Below, piece after piece: positions 30,345 through 39,869 of a DNA stretch of 64,000 nt. The first letter of the stretch is position 1, and the number at the start of each line of letters is the position of its first letter. The notes beneath the pieces are model-generated. The model had not been told where the DNA came from. It made no database searches and saw only the letters and a program-made list of their open reading frames with translations. Position numbers and translations under genes: made by a program. Origin of the DNA: an uncultured Ectothiorhodospiraceae bacterium (lineage in GTDB: Bacteria; Pseudomonadota; Gammaproteobacteria; JAABTG01); contig CAYTPQ010000003.1 in NCBI GenBank assembly GCA_964439835.1, positions 55,468 to 119,467 of the forward strand, given 5' to 3'.

Positions 30345-30433
30345 ATCAAAGGGGTCAGACTCGATTGATCCACCGGCGACCCGACCGATGCCTGCGACCC
30401 GGCCGGGATCAATCGAGTCTGACCCCTTTGATC
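30345..30433. repeat. Family A palindromic element, copy 3, intergenic between the oxidoreductase A and B subunit genes
   Basis: atcaaaggggtcagactcgattgatcc-...-ggatcaatcgagtctgacccctttgatc. Confidence 0.7.
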
Positions 30434-30447
30434 GCGGGGGCGCCGTC

Positions 30448-31179
30448 GTGACGCAGCTTGCGCTTGTCATCGACCTGAATGTGTGCGTGGGCTGCCATGC
30501 CTGTGTCACCAGCTGCAAGGAGTGGAACACCTCCGGCTGGGCCGGGCCCCTGTCCGACGAGCGGGCCTACGGCCCCGACCCGACCGGCACCTTCTTCAAC
30601 CGGGTGCAGACCTTCGAGGTGGGCGAGTACCCCAACACCGAGGTGGTGCACTTCCCGAAGAGCTGCCTGCACTGCGAGGACCCGCCCTGCGTGCCGGTGT
30701 GTCCGACCGGGGCGTCCTACAAGCGGCCCGAGGACGGCATCGTGCTGGTGGACTACGACAAGTGCATCGCCTGCAAGTACTGCTCCTGGGCCTGCCCGTA
30801 CGGCGCCCGCGAGGTCGACGCCCGCCAGCGGGTGATGAAGAAGTGCACGCTCTGCGTCGACCGCATCTACGACCGGCGCCTGCCGGAGGCCGAGCGCAAG
30901 CCGGCCTGCGTGCTGGCCTGCCCCACTGGGGCCCGACTCTTCGGCGACGTGCACGACCCGGACTCCGAGGTGTCGGTGGCCATCCGCGAGCTCGGCGGCT
31001 ACCCCCTGATGCCGGAGTGGGGCACCCGGCCGGCCAACCACTACCTGCCGCGGCGCAAGACCCGCATCCGGCTGCACGAGGACGAGCTGATGCGGGCCGA
31101 CAACCCGCTGCGCAAGGAGGGCCTGTTGCCCGAGCCGCCGCCGGGGCAGCACACCCTGGACGACGTCATGAGCTGGTAG
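30448..31179 (+). CDS. 4Fe-4S ferredoxin-type electron-transfer subunit (DmsB/PsrB family)
   Basis: Four Cys clusters (CVGCHACVTSC, CLHCEDPPCVPVC, CIACKYCSWAC, CTLC...CVLAC). A GTG start was chosen immediately after the repeat, and it is uncertain. Confidence 0.75.
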   Translation: MTQLALVIDLNVCVGCHACVTSCKEWNTSGWAGPLSDERAYGPDPTGTFFNRVQTFEVGEYPNTEVVHFPKSCLHCEDPPCVPVCPTGASYKRPEDGIVLVDYDKCIACKYCSWACPYGAREVDARQRVMKKCTLCVDRIYDRRLPEAERKPACVLACPTGARLFGDVHDPDSEVSVAIRELGGYPLMPEWGTRPANHYLPRRKTRIRLHEDELMRADNPLRKEGLLPEPPPGQHTLDDVMSW

Positions 31180-31186
31180 GCGATCC

Positions 31187-32167
31187 ATGCACCCCGCCCT
31201 CTCGGTCATCTTCCTCACCACCCTCCTCGGCGTCGGCCAGGGGCTGTTCCTCGCCCTCTACACCGGGCAGGTGTACTCGCTGGCGCGGATCCTGCCGGCC
31301 CAGGACAGCGTTGCCTTCTACGGCGTCGGCAGCGCTATCGCCCTGGCCTTCCTGGTCGCCGGCCTGATCGCCTCGTTCTTCCACCTGGGGCGTCCGGAGC
31401 GCGGCTGGCGCGCCGCCGCCCGCTGGCGGACCTCCTGGCTTTCGCGCGAGGTGATCATCCTGCCCCTGGTGATGGGGCTCGTCGCCCTCTACGGGCTCGC
31501 CCACTGGATGGGGCTGACCCACCCCCTGTTCACGATCGCGGGCGCCTACCCGGTGGACCCGACGGTCCTGATTGGTCTCGCGGCTACCGTCGGGACATTT
31601 CTGCTGTTCGTTGCAACGGCGATGATCTACGCGAGCCTCCGGTTCCTAGAGGAGTGGCACTCGCCGCTGACGGTCTTCAACTACGTGCTCCTCGGCGGGG
31701 CCTCCGGCTTCACCCTGGCCGCCGCCTTCGCGGCCTGGTCGGGGGTGGACCTGGTCGGCTTCTACGGGGTGTGGGCGGTGATCCTGACGCTGGCGGCCCT
31801 GGTGAGCCGCGGGGCCTCGCTCGCGCGCAACGCGCGGCTGCGGCACAAGTCCACGCCGCAGAGCGCGATTGGCGTGCGTCACCCGCGGATCCGCCAGATT
31901 GCGCAAGGTGCCATGGGCGGGTCGTTCAACACCCGGGAGTTCTTCCACGGCCGGGGGCCGGTGTTCTTCCGGGCCGTGCGGCTGACGTTCCTGCTCCTGG
32001 TCTTCCCGGCGCCGATCGTGTTGCTGGCGGTGGCCTACGGCATGGCCTCGCCGACGCTGCCGGTGATTGCCTTCCTGGTGCAGTACGCGGGGCTGCTGGC
32101 GGAGCGCTGGTACTTCTTCGCCGAGGCGCGGCACCCCCAGAACCTGTACTACCAGTCCATGGCTTGA
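31187..32167 (+). CDS. Integral-membrane anchor subunit of the oxidoreductase (NrfD/PsrC/DmsC-like)
   Basis: About 8 TM helices, lying immediately downstream of the FeS subunit gene. Confidence 0.7.
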   Translation: MHPALSVIFLTTLLGVGQGLFLALYTGQVYSLARILPAQDSVAFYGVGSAIALAFLVAGLIASFFHLGRPERGWRAAARWRTSWLSREVIILPLVMGLVALYGLAHWMGLTHPLFTIAGAYPVDPTVLIGLAATVGTFLLFVATAMIYASLRFLEEWHSPLTVFNYVLLGGASGFTLAAAFAAWSGVDLVGFYGVWAVILTLAALVSRGASLARNARLRHKSTPQSAIGVRHPRIRQIAQGAMGGSFNTREFFHGRGPVFFRAVRLTFLLLVFPAPIVLLAVAYGMASPTLPVIAFLVQYAGLLAERWYFFAEARHPQNLYYQSMA

Positions 32168-32183
32168 CGGACGGGGGGCAGGC

Positions 32184-32282
32184 CCCCGGTACGGTCCCGC
32201 GGGACACGCCGCAAGTACGTCCCTGTAGGCTCGTCTGCCGCCATCCATGGCGTCAGACGGTCCCGCGAAACCGTACCGGGGA
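32184..32282. repeat. Family D ~100-bp nested-hairpin element, copy 1 (subtype 1)
   Basis: cccggtacggtcccgcgggacacgccgcaagtacgtccctgtaggctcgtctgccgccatccatggcgtcagacggtcccgcgaaaccgtaccgggg. It has terminal and internal inverted repeats and lies between convergent genes. Confidence 0.75.
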
Positions 32283-32357
32283 CCTGCGTCCAACTGGTCG
32301 GTTGCCTCGGCAAAGCGCGCCCAAAGTACCGCTGGGATTTCCCGGGAGACCGGGAAG

Positions 32358-33713
32358 CTAGGTGACGCCGCGGGCGTTGAGGGCGCGGGCGAGGGCCCGG
32401 TCGGCGTGGTGGATGTGGGCGAGCAGCCACTCCTTGATCCCCACCAGGGTGCGGGACAGGCCGTCCGACTCGAGCCGGCGGTCGAGGGCCGAGAGCTCGC
32501 TCAGGAGCCGCTGGTGCTGCTCTCGGTGCACGTCGGCGCCACCGACGGCGTGGGTGGCCATGAGGGCCTCCTCGGTCGCGAAGTGCAGGGCGGTGTAGCC
32601 CGTCAGGTCGGCGAGCAGCATGCGCACCGTCGCGGTCTCCTCGGCGGCGGCAATCGCCCGCGCCAGGGCGTTCACCCGGGAGACCATCTCCCGGTGCTGC
32701 GCGTCGATCACCGTGACGCCGATCTCGTGATCGGCTGACCAGGCGATCAGGGGCACCTCGCGCGACGAGGCGAGGGGCGTGCTGTCGTCGGCGAAGGTGT
32801 AGCAGCCCTTGCCGCGCTCCTTGCTGGCGTACATCGCGCCGTCGGCCGCCGCCAGCAGCGCGTCCACGGTGAGGCCGTGGGCCGGGCAGATCGCCAGGCC
32901 GACGCTAGCGCCGACCCGCACCGAGCCTTCGCCCAGTTCGACGGGCTCGGCGACTGAAGCGACCACTTTGGCGGCAATGCGCTCGAGGGCCGGGCGCTGG
33001 GTGGCGCGGTTGAGCAGCACGGTGAACTCGTCACCACCCATGCGTGCCACCGTGTCAGACTCGCGCACGCAATCCAGCAGGCGGCGCGCGACCACCTTCA
33101 GGACCGTGTCGCCCGAGTCGTGGCCGCGGCTGTCGTTCACGTCCTTGAAGCCGTCCAGGTCCAGGAGCATCAGCGCGAAGCCCTCGCCGTAGCGGCGGGC
33201 GTGGTGGACGGCCTGGGTGACGCGGTCGAGCAGCAGGGCCCGGTTGGGGAGACCGGTGAGCGCGTCGGAGAAGGCGAGCTGGTGGAGCTCGCGCTCGGCC
33301 CGCACCCGGTCGGTGACGTCAGCGAGCATGCCGACCACCACCGCGTGGCCGTGGTCGCGGATCCGCCGGCCCGACGCCTCCACCTCCATGACGCTGCCGT
33401 CCCGGCGCAGGGCGGCGAACGTCAACGGCGCGTCCTGGCCTTCTCCCCGGCGAAGGCCGGCGAGCCAGGCGGCCACCCGCTCCCGGTCCTGCAGGGCGAC
33501 CAGGTCGGCGAGCGGCCGGCCGGCCGGGGACTCCCCGGGGCGATAGCCAAATACGCCGGCAAACCGGGCGTTCGACGAGACCAGCCGCTCGTCCTCGAGC
33601 ACGAAGACGCCAATGAGGGACTGCTCGACCAGTGCCCGGTAACGAAGGGCCGTCTCCCGCAGCTCGGTCAGATCGTCCACCACCGCCACCGACTCCAGGC
33701 CCGCACCGCGCAT
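32358..33713 (-). CDS. Diguanylate cyclase with an N-terminal PAS domain and a C-terminal bacteriohemerythrin domain (PAS-GGDEF-Hr)
   Basis: GGDEF motif (ARMGGDEFTV). C-terminal hemerythrin His/Glu ligands (HF..EE..M, HREQH, AHIHHAD). SD gagggga before the ATG at 33713. Confidence 0.8.
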   Translation of the reverse strand: MRGAGLESVAVVDDLTELRETALRYRALVEQSLIGVFVLEDERLVSSNARFAGVFGYRPGESPAGRPLADLVALQDRERVAAWLAGLRRGEGQDAPLTFAALRRDGSVMEVEASGRRIRDHGHAVVVGMLADVTDRVRAERELHQLAFSDALTGLPNRALLLDRVTQAVHHARRYGEGFALMLLDLDGFKDVNDSRGHDSGDTVLKVVARRLLDCVRESDTVARMGGDEFTVLLNRATQRPALERIAAKVVASVAEPVELGEGSVRVGASVGLAICPAHGLTVDALLAAADGAMYASKERGKGCYTFADDSTPLASSREVPLIAWSADHEIGVTVIDAQHREMVSRVNALARAIAAAEETATVRMLLADLTGYTALHFATEEALMATHAVGGADVHREQHQRLLSELSALDRRLESDGLSRTLVGIKEWLLAHIHHADRALARALNARGVT

Positions 33714-33898
33714 CCCCGCGTCCCCTCTGCGACCGCGGGAAGAATGAAACACAGGTTAAGCGACGGGACAAGCCCCGGCAGCGGTAAGCGCCCAGGCCTC
33801 CCGCGGCCACGGCAGCGAGGAGGTTGCAGGCCGGAGCGACGTCCGGAACGCGCGGTCGGGCTCCGGTGCGGAAACGGACCGTGCGGATGCGAGCCGCG

Positions 33899-35167
33899 TC
33901 AGCTGTCGCCGGCGGGCACCCGCAGGACCTGGCCGGCCTGGACCCGGTCAGGCCGCCGCAGACCGTTCATCGCCATCAACTGCCGGTGACTCACGCCGTA
34001 GCGGGCAGCGATGTCGGAGATGGTCTCGCCCCGGCGCACCCGGTGCTGGCGCACGGTGGGCTTCGGCCGCACGACGTCGCGCACCGCCCGCCAGGTGTTT
34101 TCGCCCGCGGCCGCGCCGGGGGCCGCGACCGCCGTCGGGGCCTCCTGGGGCTCCAGCCGGCGCAGGGGTCCGAAGTGGACATGGGCCTGGCGGTCGACCT
34201 CCAAGGCCGCGAGGAACGACACGTAGAAGTTGCGCGAGGCGAAGCCGAAGGCGGGCCCGGAGTACTGGCGCACGATGGTGACGATGTCGTCGGTGCCCAT
34301 CTCGCGCACGGCCCGCACCACGCCCCCCGCGCCGTGGTTGTAGGCCGTGAGCGCGAGCGGCCAGCTGCCGGTCAGCTCGTGGTTGCGCCGCAGCAGCCGC
34401 GCCGCCGCCTCGGAGGCGCGGAACGGGTCCAGACGCTCGTCGGTGAAACGGTCGATGCGCAGGTACTGCTTGCCGGTAGGCACCGTGAACTGCCAGAGGC
34501 CCGCGGCCCCGGCGTGGGAGCGGGCACCGGGGTTGTAGGAGGACTCCACGTGGGGCAGTGCCGCGAGCTCGACCGGCAGGCCGAGGGACTTCAGGGTCGT
34601 CTCGATGTGGTCCCGCCAGAGGCCAGACCGCACGTACCCGTCGCGGAACTTGTCGGCCTGTCCGCGCTGAAAGCGCACCCGGTCGGCCGCCTCGCGCAGG
34701 GCCTCTTGGGATGTCTCCGACCCCCAGGCAGCCAGCGCCCGCGCCTCCTCCGGAGAGAGGTCCGCGCGCTTGCCGTCGGCCAGGTTCCGCAGGGCCTCAC
34801 GGTACTTCTCCACCGCCTCAGACACCCGTGCCTTCCCGTCCGCCGGCTCTGCCTCCGGCTCGGGCTGCAGGACCTCGTAGACCACATCCAGCCGCCGGTT
34901 GTCGTGGACAAACCCGCCGCGGGTGTCGACCTCCGTGAATACCCGGATCCAGAACCGTACGTCGGGCTCCAGCTCGGGCGGGCGGGGAAAGGCCGCGGGG
35001 TCCGCCTGGTAGGCAGGGGCACCGAGCGGCAGGCCGAGTCCAAAGACCCAGGGCGCCAGGGCCAGGAGTCGCCAGGCCTGCGACCTGTTTCGACGTGGGG
35101 GCTTGCGGGTCGCATCCCTGGAGGGGCGGGGGTCGGAAGTGCGGACGGGCGAGGGGCACGAGTCCAT
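33899..35167 (-). CDS. mltD: Membrane-bound lytic murein transglycosylase (MltD/Slt-domain) with a C-terminal LysM
   Basis: SLT domain (GLWQFTVPTG, AYNHGAGGV) and a C-terminal LysM (HRVRRGETISDIAARYGVSHRQLMAMNGL). Confidence 0.8.
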   Translation of the reverse strand: MDSCPSPVRTSDPRPSRDATRKPPRRNRSQAWRLLALAPWVFGLGLPLGAPAYQADPAAFPRPPELEPDVRFWIRVFTEVDTRGGFVHDNRRLDVVYEVLQPEPEAEPADGKARVSEAVEKYREALRNLADGKRADLSPEEARALAAWGSETSQEALREAADRVRFQRGQADKFRDGYVRSGLWRDHIETTLKSLGLPVELAALPHVESSYNPGARSHAGAAGLWQFTVPTGKQYLRIDRFTDERLDPFRASEAAARLLRRNHELTGSWPLALTAYNHGAGGVVRAVREMGTDDIVTIVRQYSGPAFGFASRNFYVSFLAALEVDRQAHVHFGPLRRLEPQEAPTAVAAPGAAAGENTWRAVRDVVRPKPTVRQHRVRRGETISDIAARYGVSHRQLMAMNGLRRPDRVQAGQVLRVPAGDS

Positions 35168-35427
35168 GGCGGGGGCTCCTGGCGGGACAGGGACCTGGCA
35201 ACGGCCGGGGCGGTGTTGACCGGGACATCGGCAGGAGCGGGCGGAGCTTCAGCGCGGACAGACCACCCTCGGCCGCGCAGCGTGTCAGGGCCAGCCCCCC
35301 CAGGGTCCGTGACGGGACGGCGGGAGGGTCGCCGGGCCCGGTACACGCAGGCCCTCGGGGCGCGGGTGTCCGGTCGACCGGCCGCCCGCGGCACGGACAG
35401 GCCGACGCGATCCCGCCGCCGGCCCCG

Positions 35428-35775
35428 CTACTCGGAGACCTCCAGGAGCTCGACCTCGAACAGGAGCGTCGCGTTGGGCGGAATCACGCCGCCCGCACCG
35501 CGGGCGCCGTAGCCCAGCTCGGCAGGGACGGTGAGCCGGCGCTTGCCGCCGACGCGCATACCGGTGACACCCTCGTCCCAGCCCTTGATCACGTAGCCCG
35601 TGCCCAGAGGAAAGCCGAACGGCTCGCCGCCGACGCTGGAGTCGAACTGCCGCCCGTCCTCCAGCCAGCCGGTGTAGTGGACCTTCACGAAGCAGCCGGG
35701 GCCGTGGGCCAGGTCGCCGCTGCCCTCTACCAGGTCCTCGTACGCCAGCCCCGTCGCCGTCGTCACCTGCGCCAT
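35428..35775 (-). CDS. FKBP-type peptidyl-prolyl cis-trans isomerase
   Basis: FKBP domain (VKVHYTGWLEDGRQFDSS...GFPLGTGYVIKGWDEGVTGMRVGGKRRLTVPAELGYG). SD ggaggagg before the ATG at 35775. Confidence 0.8.
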   Translation of the reverse strand: MAQVTTATGLAYEDLVEGSGDLAHGPGCFVKVHYTGWLEDGRQFDSSVGGEPFGFPLGTGYVIKGWDEGVTGMRVGGKRRLTVPAELGYGARGAGGVIPPNATLLFEVELLEVSE

Positions 35776-35897
35776 CGTCACGCCTCCTCCCCAAGGGAGC
35801 GCCACTGCACCACAGGCCGTAGCCGGGGGCAACCCTGGCGCAGTGGGGGATCCGACCGCTAGACTCGGGATTGACCCGCCATACTCGGAGGAGCCCC

Positions 35898-36323
35898 ATG
35901 GGCACGGAAGTCGAGAGCCTCACCCCGCGGCAGGCCTGGGACCTGATCCAGAAGGACGCCCGGGCCGTCCTGGTCGACATCCGGTCGACGATGGAGTACC
36001 TGTTCGTGGGCCATCCCCAGGGCGCGGTGCACGTCCCCTGGATCGACGAGCCCGAGTGGGTCGTGAACCCGCACTTCGTCACCGACATCCGCAAGCTCAT
36101 GCTCGGCGGCGCCGTCTGCGACGAGGAGGAGGGCTGCGCCCCCGTCATTCTGATCTGCCGCAGCGGAAAGCGCTCCAAGGAGGCCGGCCGGGCGCTGACG
36201 AAGGCCGGCTTCCGCAACGTCTACCACGTGGACACCGGCTTCGAGGGCGACCTGGACGAGCACCACCACCGCAGCACCCGGGGCGGCTGGCGCTTCGAGG
36301 GGCTGCCGTGGGAGCAGTGCTGA
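35898..36323 (+). CDS. Rhodanese-domain sulfurtransferase (single domain)
   Basis: Rhodanese fold with an active-site loop (ICRSGKRS). SD ggagga before the ATG at 35898. Confidence 0.75.
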   Translation: MGTEVESLTPRQAWDLIQKDARAVLVDIRSTMEYLFVGHPQGAVHVPWIDEPEWVVNPHFVTDIRKLMLGGAVCDEEEGCAPVILICRSGKRSKEAGRALTKAGFRNVYHVDTGFEGDLDEHHHRSTRGGWRFEGLPWEQC

Positions 36324-36412
36324 AGACGCTTCGACCAAGGCAACAAGACGGGCCGACAAGGAGCGGGCCGAGCGTCCGGGCCATCGGCTGGTAGGGTCTC
36401 TCGCGGGCTGCT

Positions 36413-37579
36413 TTGGGAGTCAGGGGACCCGGAGACCCATCGGCTAGCCTGACGGTGAGCACAACACACCTTCCGATCGTGGAGGTCCTGGGCGTGGCCT
36501 CGGCCTTCGCCGTCGACGGCGAGCCGGTCGCCGCAGAGCCCCTGAGAGTCGGGCTCATCCACGAGAGCCACGTGGTGACGTGCCGCGCGCCGGACGGTGC
36601 CCGCCGCTACCTGCTGCAGCGGATCAACACCGAGGTCTTCCGCTCGCCCGAGCAGGTCATGGGCAACCTGCTGCGGGTGACGACCCATCTGCGCCGCAAG
36701 CTCACCGAGACGGGGGCCACGGAGCCGGACCGCCGGGTGCTGACGGTGGTCACCGCCCGCGACGGGGGCGCCTGGCGGGTGGACGGCGCCGGACGGTGGT
36801 GGCGCGCCTACGCCTTCGTCGAGGGCGCCCGGTCCTACGACCGCCCGCCCTCGGCAGAGACGGCCAGGCGGGCGGCCGCCGCCTTCGGCCGCTTCGTCGC
36901 CGAGCTTGCGGACCTGCCCACACCCCGGCTGCACGAGACCCTCCCCGGCTTCCACGACAGCCCCGCCCGCTACCGGGCGCTGGAGGCGGCGGCCGATGCC
37001 GACCCCTTGGGCCGCGTCGCCTCGGTCCGGGAGGATCTCCGCGCCCTGGGGTCCCGGCGTGACTTGCTGGGCGTGATCCAGCAGGCCGCCGACCGGGGCG
37101 AGGTACCGGAGCGGGTGGTACACAACGACACCAAGCTGAACAACGTCTTGTTTGACGTCGCGACCGGTGAAGCACTCTGCGTCGTCGACCTGGACACGGC
37201 GATGCCGGGCCTCGCGCCCTACGACTACGGCGACCTGGTGCGCTCGGCCGCGAGCGAGGCCCCGGAGGACGCCCGCGACCCCGCCACGATGCGCCTCAGC
37301 CTGCCGCTGCACCGGGCGGTGACGCAGGGCTGGCTCGAGCCGATGGCAGCGCTACTGACCCCGGCCGAGGCGGAGCTGCTGCCACTCGCCCCGCTCGTCG
37401 TCACCCTCGAGCTCGCCGCCCGCTTCCTGACGGATTACCTGGACGGCGACCGCTACTTCCGCACCGCCTACCCCGGCCACAACCTCGACCGCTGCCGAGC
37501 CCAGCTGGCCCTCGCGGCGGACCTGGAGCGCCACCAGGCCACCCTGGCCACCGCCGTACGTGAGGCACTGGGCGGCTGA
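36413..37579 (+). CDS. Aminoglycoside-phosphotransferase (APH)-fold kinase, possibly a sugar or small-molecule kinase
   Basis: Brenner motif HNDTKLNNVLFD and a downstream VDLD metal-binding motif. The start is uncertain (TTG at 36413 or GTG at about 36455). Confidence 0.6.
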   Translation: MGVRGPGDPSASLTVSTTHLPIVEVLGVASAFAVDGEPVAAEPLRVGLIHESHVVTCRAPDGARRYLLQRINTEVFRSPEQVMGNLLRVTTHLRRKLTETGATEPDRRVLTVVTARDGGAWRVDGAGRWWRAYAFVEGARSYDRPPSAETARRAAAAFGRFVAELADLPTPRLHETLPGFHDSPARYRALEAAADADPLGRVASVREDLRALGSRRDLLGVIQQAADRGEVPERVVHNDTKLNNVLFDVATGEALCVVDLDTAMPGLAPYDYGDLVRSAASEAPEDARDPATMRLSLPLHRAVTQGWLEPMAALLTPAEAELLPLAPLVVTLELAARFLTDYLDGDRYFRTAYPGHNLDRCRAQLALAADLERHQATLATAVREALGG

Positions 37580-37825
37580 GGCCCCCAGCGCCGGCGCTTT
37601 CCGCCCGGCATCAACCGCTCCCGCCCCCCTGCGAGCGGGATCCCGGGGCGGCCGAGCCGCTCCCCGCCCGTTCATGACCGGGATCAAGGTTTGCCCTCCG
37701 CCACCCCTTTAGACTGCCAACCCCAATATGTAGTGTCTCTAATAGAGCAGAGCCCCAGCATCCTGTAGGCGCGTGAGCCAACGCGACCTGCAGCGGAGCG
37801 CCAGGGGCCTTCCGGGAGGAACCGC

Positions 37826-39859
37826 ATGAGCGCCGTCATCGCCCCGCGTCCCGCGACGCTGCCGTCCCGTATCGTCAAGCGCGACGGCCGCCCCGTCCCC
37901 TTCGACGCCGACCGCATCTACTCGGCCCTCCTGCGGGCCGGTCAGGCGACCGGCGAGTTCGCGGAGGACGAGGCCCGCCTGATCACGGCGCAGGTAGTCA
38001 AGGTCATCAGCCACCGCTTCGGACCCGAGGAGCCGCCGACCATCGAGCGGGTGCAGGACATGGTCGAGCAGGCCCTGATCAGCGCCAACCACCTCCAGAC
38101 CGCCCGCGCCTACATCGTCTACCGCGAGCAGCACAAGCGCCTGCGCGAGGACCGCCGCACGCTGGTGGACGTGGAGAGCTCGATCCGCGAGTACCTGGAC
38201 CGGGTCGACTGGCGGGTGTCGGCCAACGCCAACCAGGGCTACTCGCTGGGCGGGCTGATCCTGAACACCTCCGGCAAGGTCGTCGCCAACTACTGGCTCT
38301 CCCACGTCTATCCGCCCGAGATCGGCAACGCCCACCGGGAGGGCGACGTCCACATCCACGACCTGGACATGCTCGCCGGCTACTGTGCGGGCTGGTCGCT
38401 ACGCACGCTCCTCACCGAGGGCCTGAACGGCGTTCCCGGCAAGGTCGAGGCCGGGCCTCCGAAGCACATGTCGAGCGCAGTGGGCCAGATCGTCAACTTC
38501 CTCGGCACCCTGCAGAACGAGTGGGCGGGGGCCCAGGCCTTCAGCTCGTTCGACACCTACATGGCGGCCTTCGTGCGCAAGGACCGCCTCGGCTACCGCG
38601 AGGTCAAGCAGTACGTCCAGGAGCTGATCTACAACCTGAACGTCCCGTCGCGCTGGGGGACCCAAACACCGTTCACCAATCTCACCTTCGACTGGGTCTG
38701 CCCGGAGGACCTGCGCCCGCAGGTGCCGATCATCGGCGGCCAGGAGATGCCGTTCACCTACGGCGACCTACAGGCCGAGATGGACCTCATCAACCGCGCC
38801 TACATCGAGGTGATGACGGACGGTGACGCCAAGGGCCGGGTCTTCACCTTCCCAATCCCGACCTACAACGTCACCCCCGACTTCCCCTGGGAGAGCGAGA
38901 ACGCCGACCGGCTGTTCGCGATGACCGCGAAGTACGGCCTGCCCTACTTCCAGAACTTCGTGAACTCCGATCTGAAGCCCAACATGATTCGGTCCATGTG
39001 CTGCCGTCTGCAGCTCGACCTCCGCGAGCTGCTCAAGCGCGGCAATGGACTCTTCGGATCGGCCGAGCAGACGGGGTCGGTGGGGGTCGTGACCATCAAC
39101 TGCGCGCGCCTGGGCTATCTGTTCCCCGGCGACGAGACCGGCCTCTACGCGCGCCTCGACCAGCTCCTCGACATCGCCCGCAACAGCCTCGAGATCAAGC
39201 GCAAGGTGATCCAGCGTCATATCGACGCCGGGCTCTTCCCCTACACGAAGCGCTACCTCGGCACCCTGCGCAATCACTTCTCGACCATCGGCGTGAACGG
39301 GATCAACGAGATGATCCGCAACTTCACCGCCGGCGACGAGGACGTCACCACCGCCTGGGGCGAACAGTTCGCCTCGCGGTTCCTGGACCACATTCGCGCG
39401 CGGATGGTCGAGTTCCAGGAGGTGACGGGCCACATGTACAACCTGGAGGCGACACCGGCCGAGGGCACGACCTACCGCTTCGCGAAGGAGGACCGCAAGC
39501 GCTTCCCCGGGATCCTGCAGGCCGGCTCGCCGGAGGCGCCCTACTACACCAATTCCTCGCAGCTCCCGGTCGGCTTCACCGACGACCCGTTCGAGGCCTT
39601 GGAACGGCAAGAGAAGCTACAGAAGAAGTACACCGGCGGCACCGTGCTGCACCTGTACATGAGCGAGCGGATCTCCAGCGCCGACGCCTGCCGCCAGCTG
39701 GTCAAGCGCGCGCTGGAGCGCTTCCGCGTCCCGTACATCACGGTGACGCCAACCTTCTCGATCTGCCCGAAACACGGCTACCTGTCGGGCGCCCACGAAT
39801 TTTGCCCGCTCTGCGACGAGGAGGCCCTCGCCCGCAAGCAGGCCGCGGCGGTCCATTGA
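37826..39859 (+). CDS. nrdD: Anaerobic ribonucleoside-triphosphate reductase (class III) large polypeptide with an N-terminal ATP-cone. It ends after the Zn-ribbon, before the glycyl-radical motif
   Basis: ATP-cone (VKRDGRPVPFDADRIYSAL), NrdD core and a C-terminal CPKHGY...CPLC zinc ribbon. There is no RVxGY glycyl-radical motif in this ORF. SD gggagga before the ATG at 37826. Confidence 0.85.
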   Translation: MSAVIAPRPATLPSRIVKRDGRPVPFDADRIYSALLRAGQATGEFAEDEARLITAQVVKVISHRFGPEEPPTIERVQDMVEQALISANHLQTARAYIVYREQHKRLREDRRTLVDVESSIREYLDRVDWRVSANANQGYSLGGLILNTSGKVVANYWLSHVYPPEIGNAHREGDVHIHDLDMLAGYCAGWSLRTLLTEGLNGVPGKVEAGPPKHMSSAVGQIVNFLGTLQNEWAGAQAFSSFDTYMAAFVRKDRLGYREVKQYVQELIYNLNVPSRWGTQTPFTNLTFDWVCPEDLRPQVPIIGGQEMPFTYGDLQAEMDLINRAYIEVMTDGDAKGRVFTFPIPTYNVTPDFPWESENADRLFAMTAKYGLPYFQNFVNSDLKPNMIRSMCCRLQLDLRELLKRGNGLFGSAEQTGSVGVVTINCARLGYLFPGDETGLYARLDQLLDIARNSLEIKRKVIQRHIDAGLFPYTKRYLGTLRNHFSTIGVNGINEMIRNFTAGDEDVTTAWGEQFASRFLDHIRARMVEFQEVTGHMYNLEATPAEGTTYRFAKEDRKRFPGILQAGSPEAPYYTNSSQLPVGFTDDPFEALERQEKLQKKYTGGTVLHLYMSERISSADACRQLVKRALERFRVPYITVTPTFSICPKHGYLSGAHEFCPLCDEEALARKQAAAVH

Positions 39860-39869
39860 GGAAAGAGAA

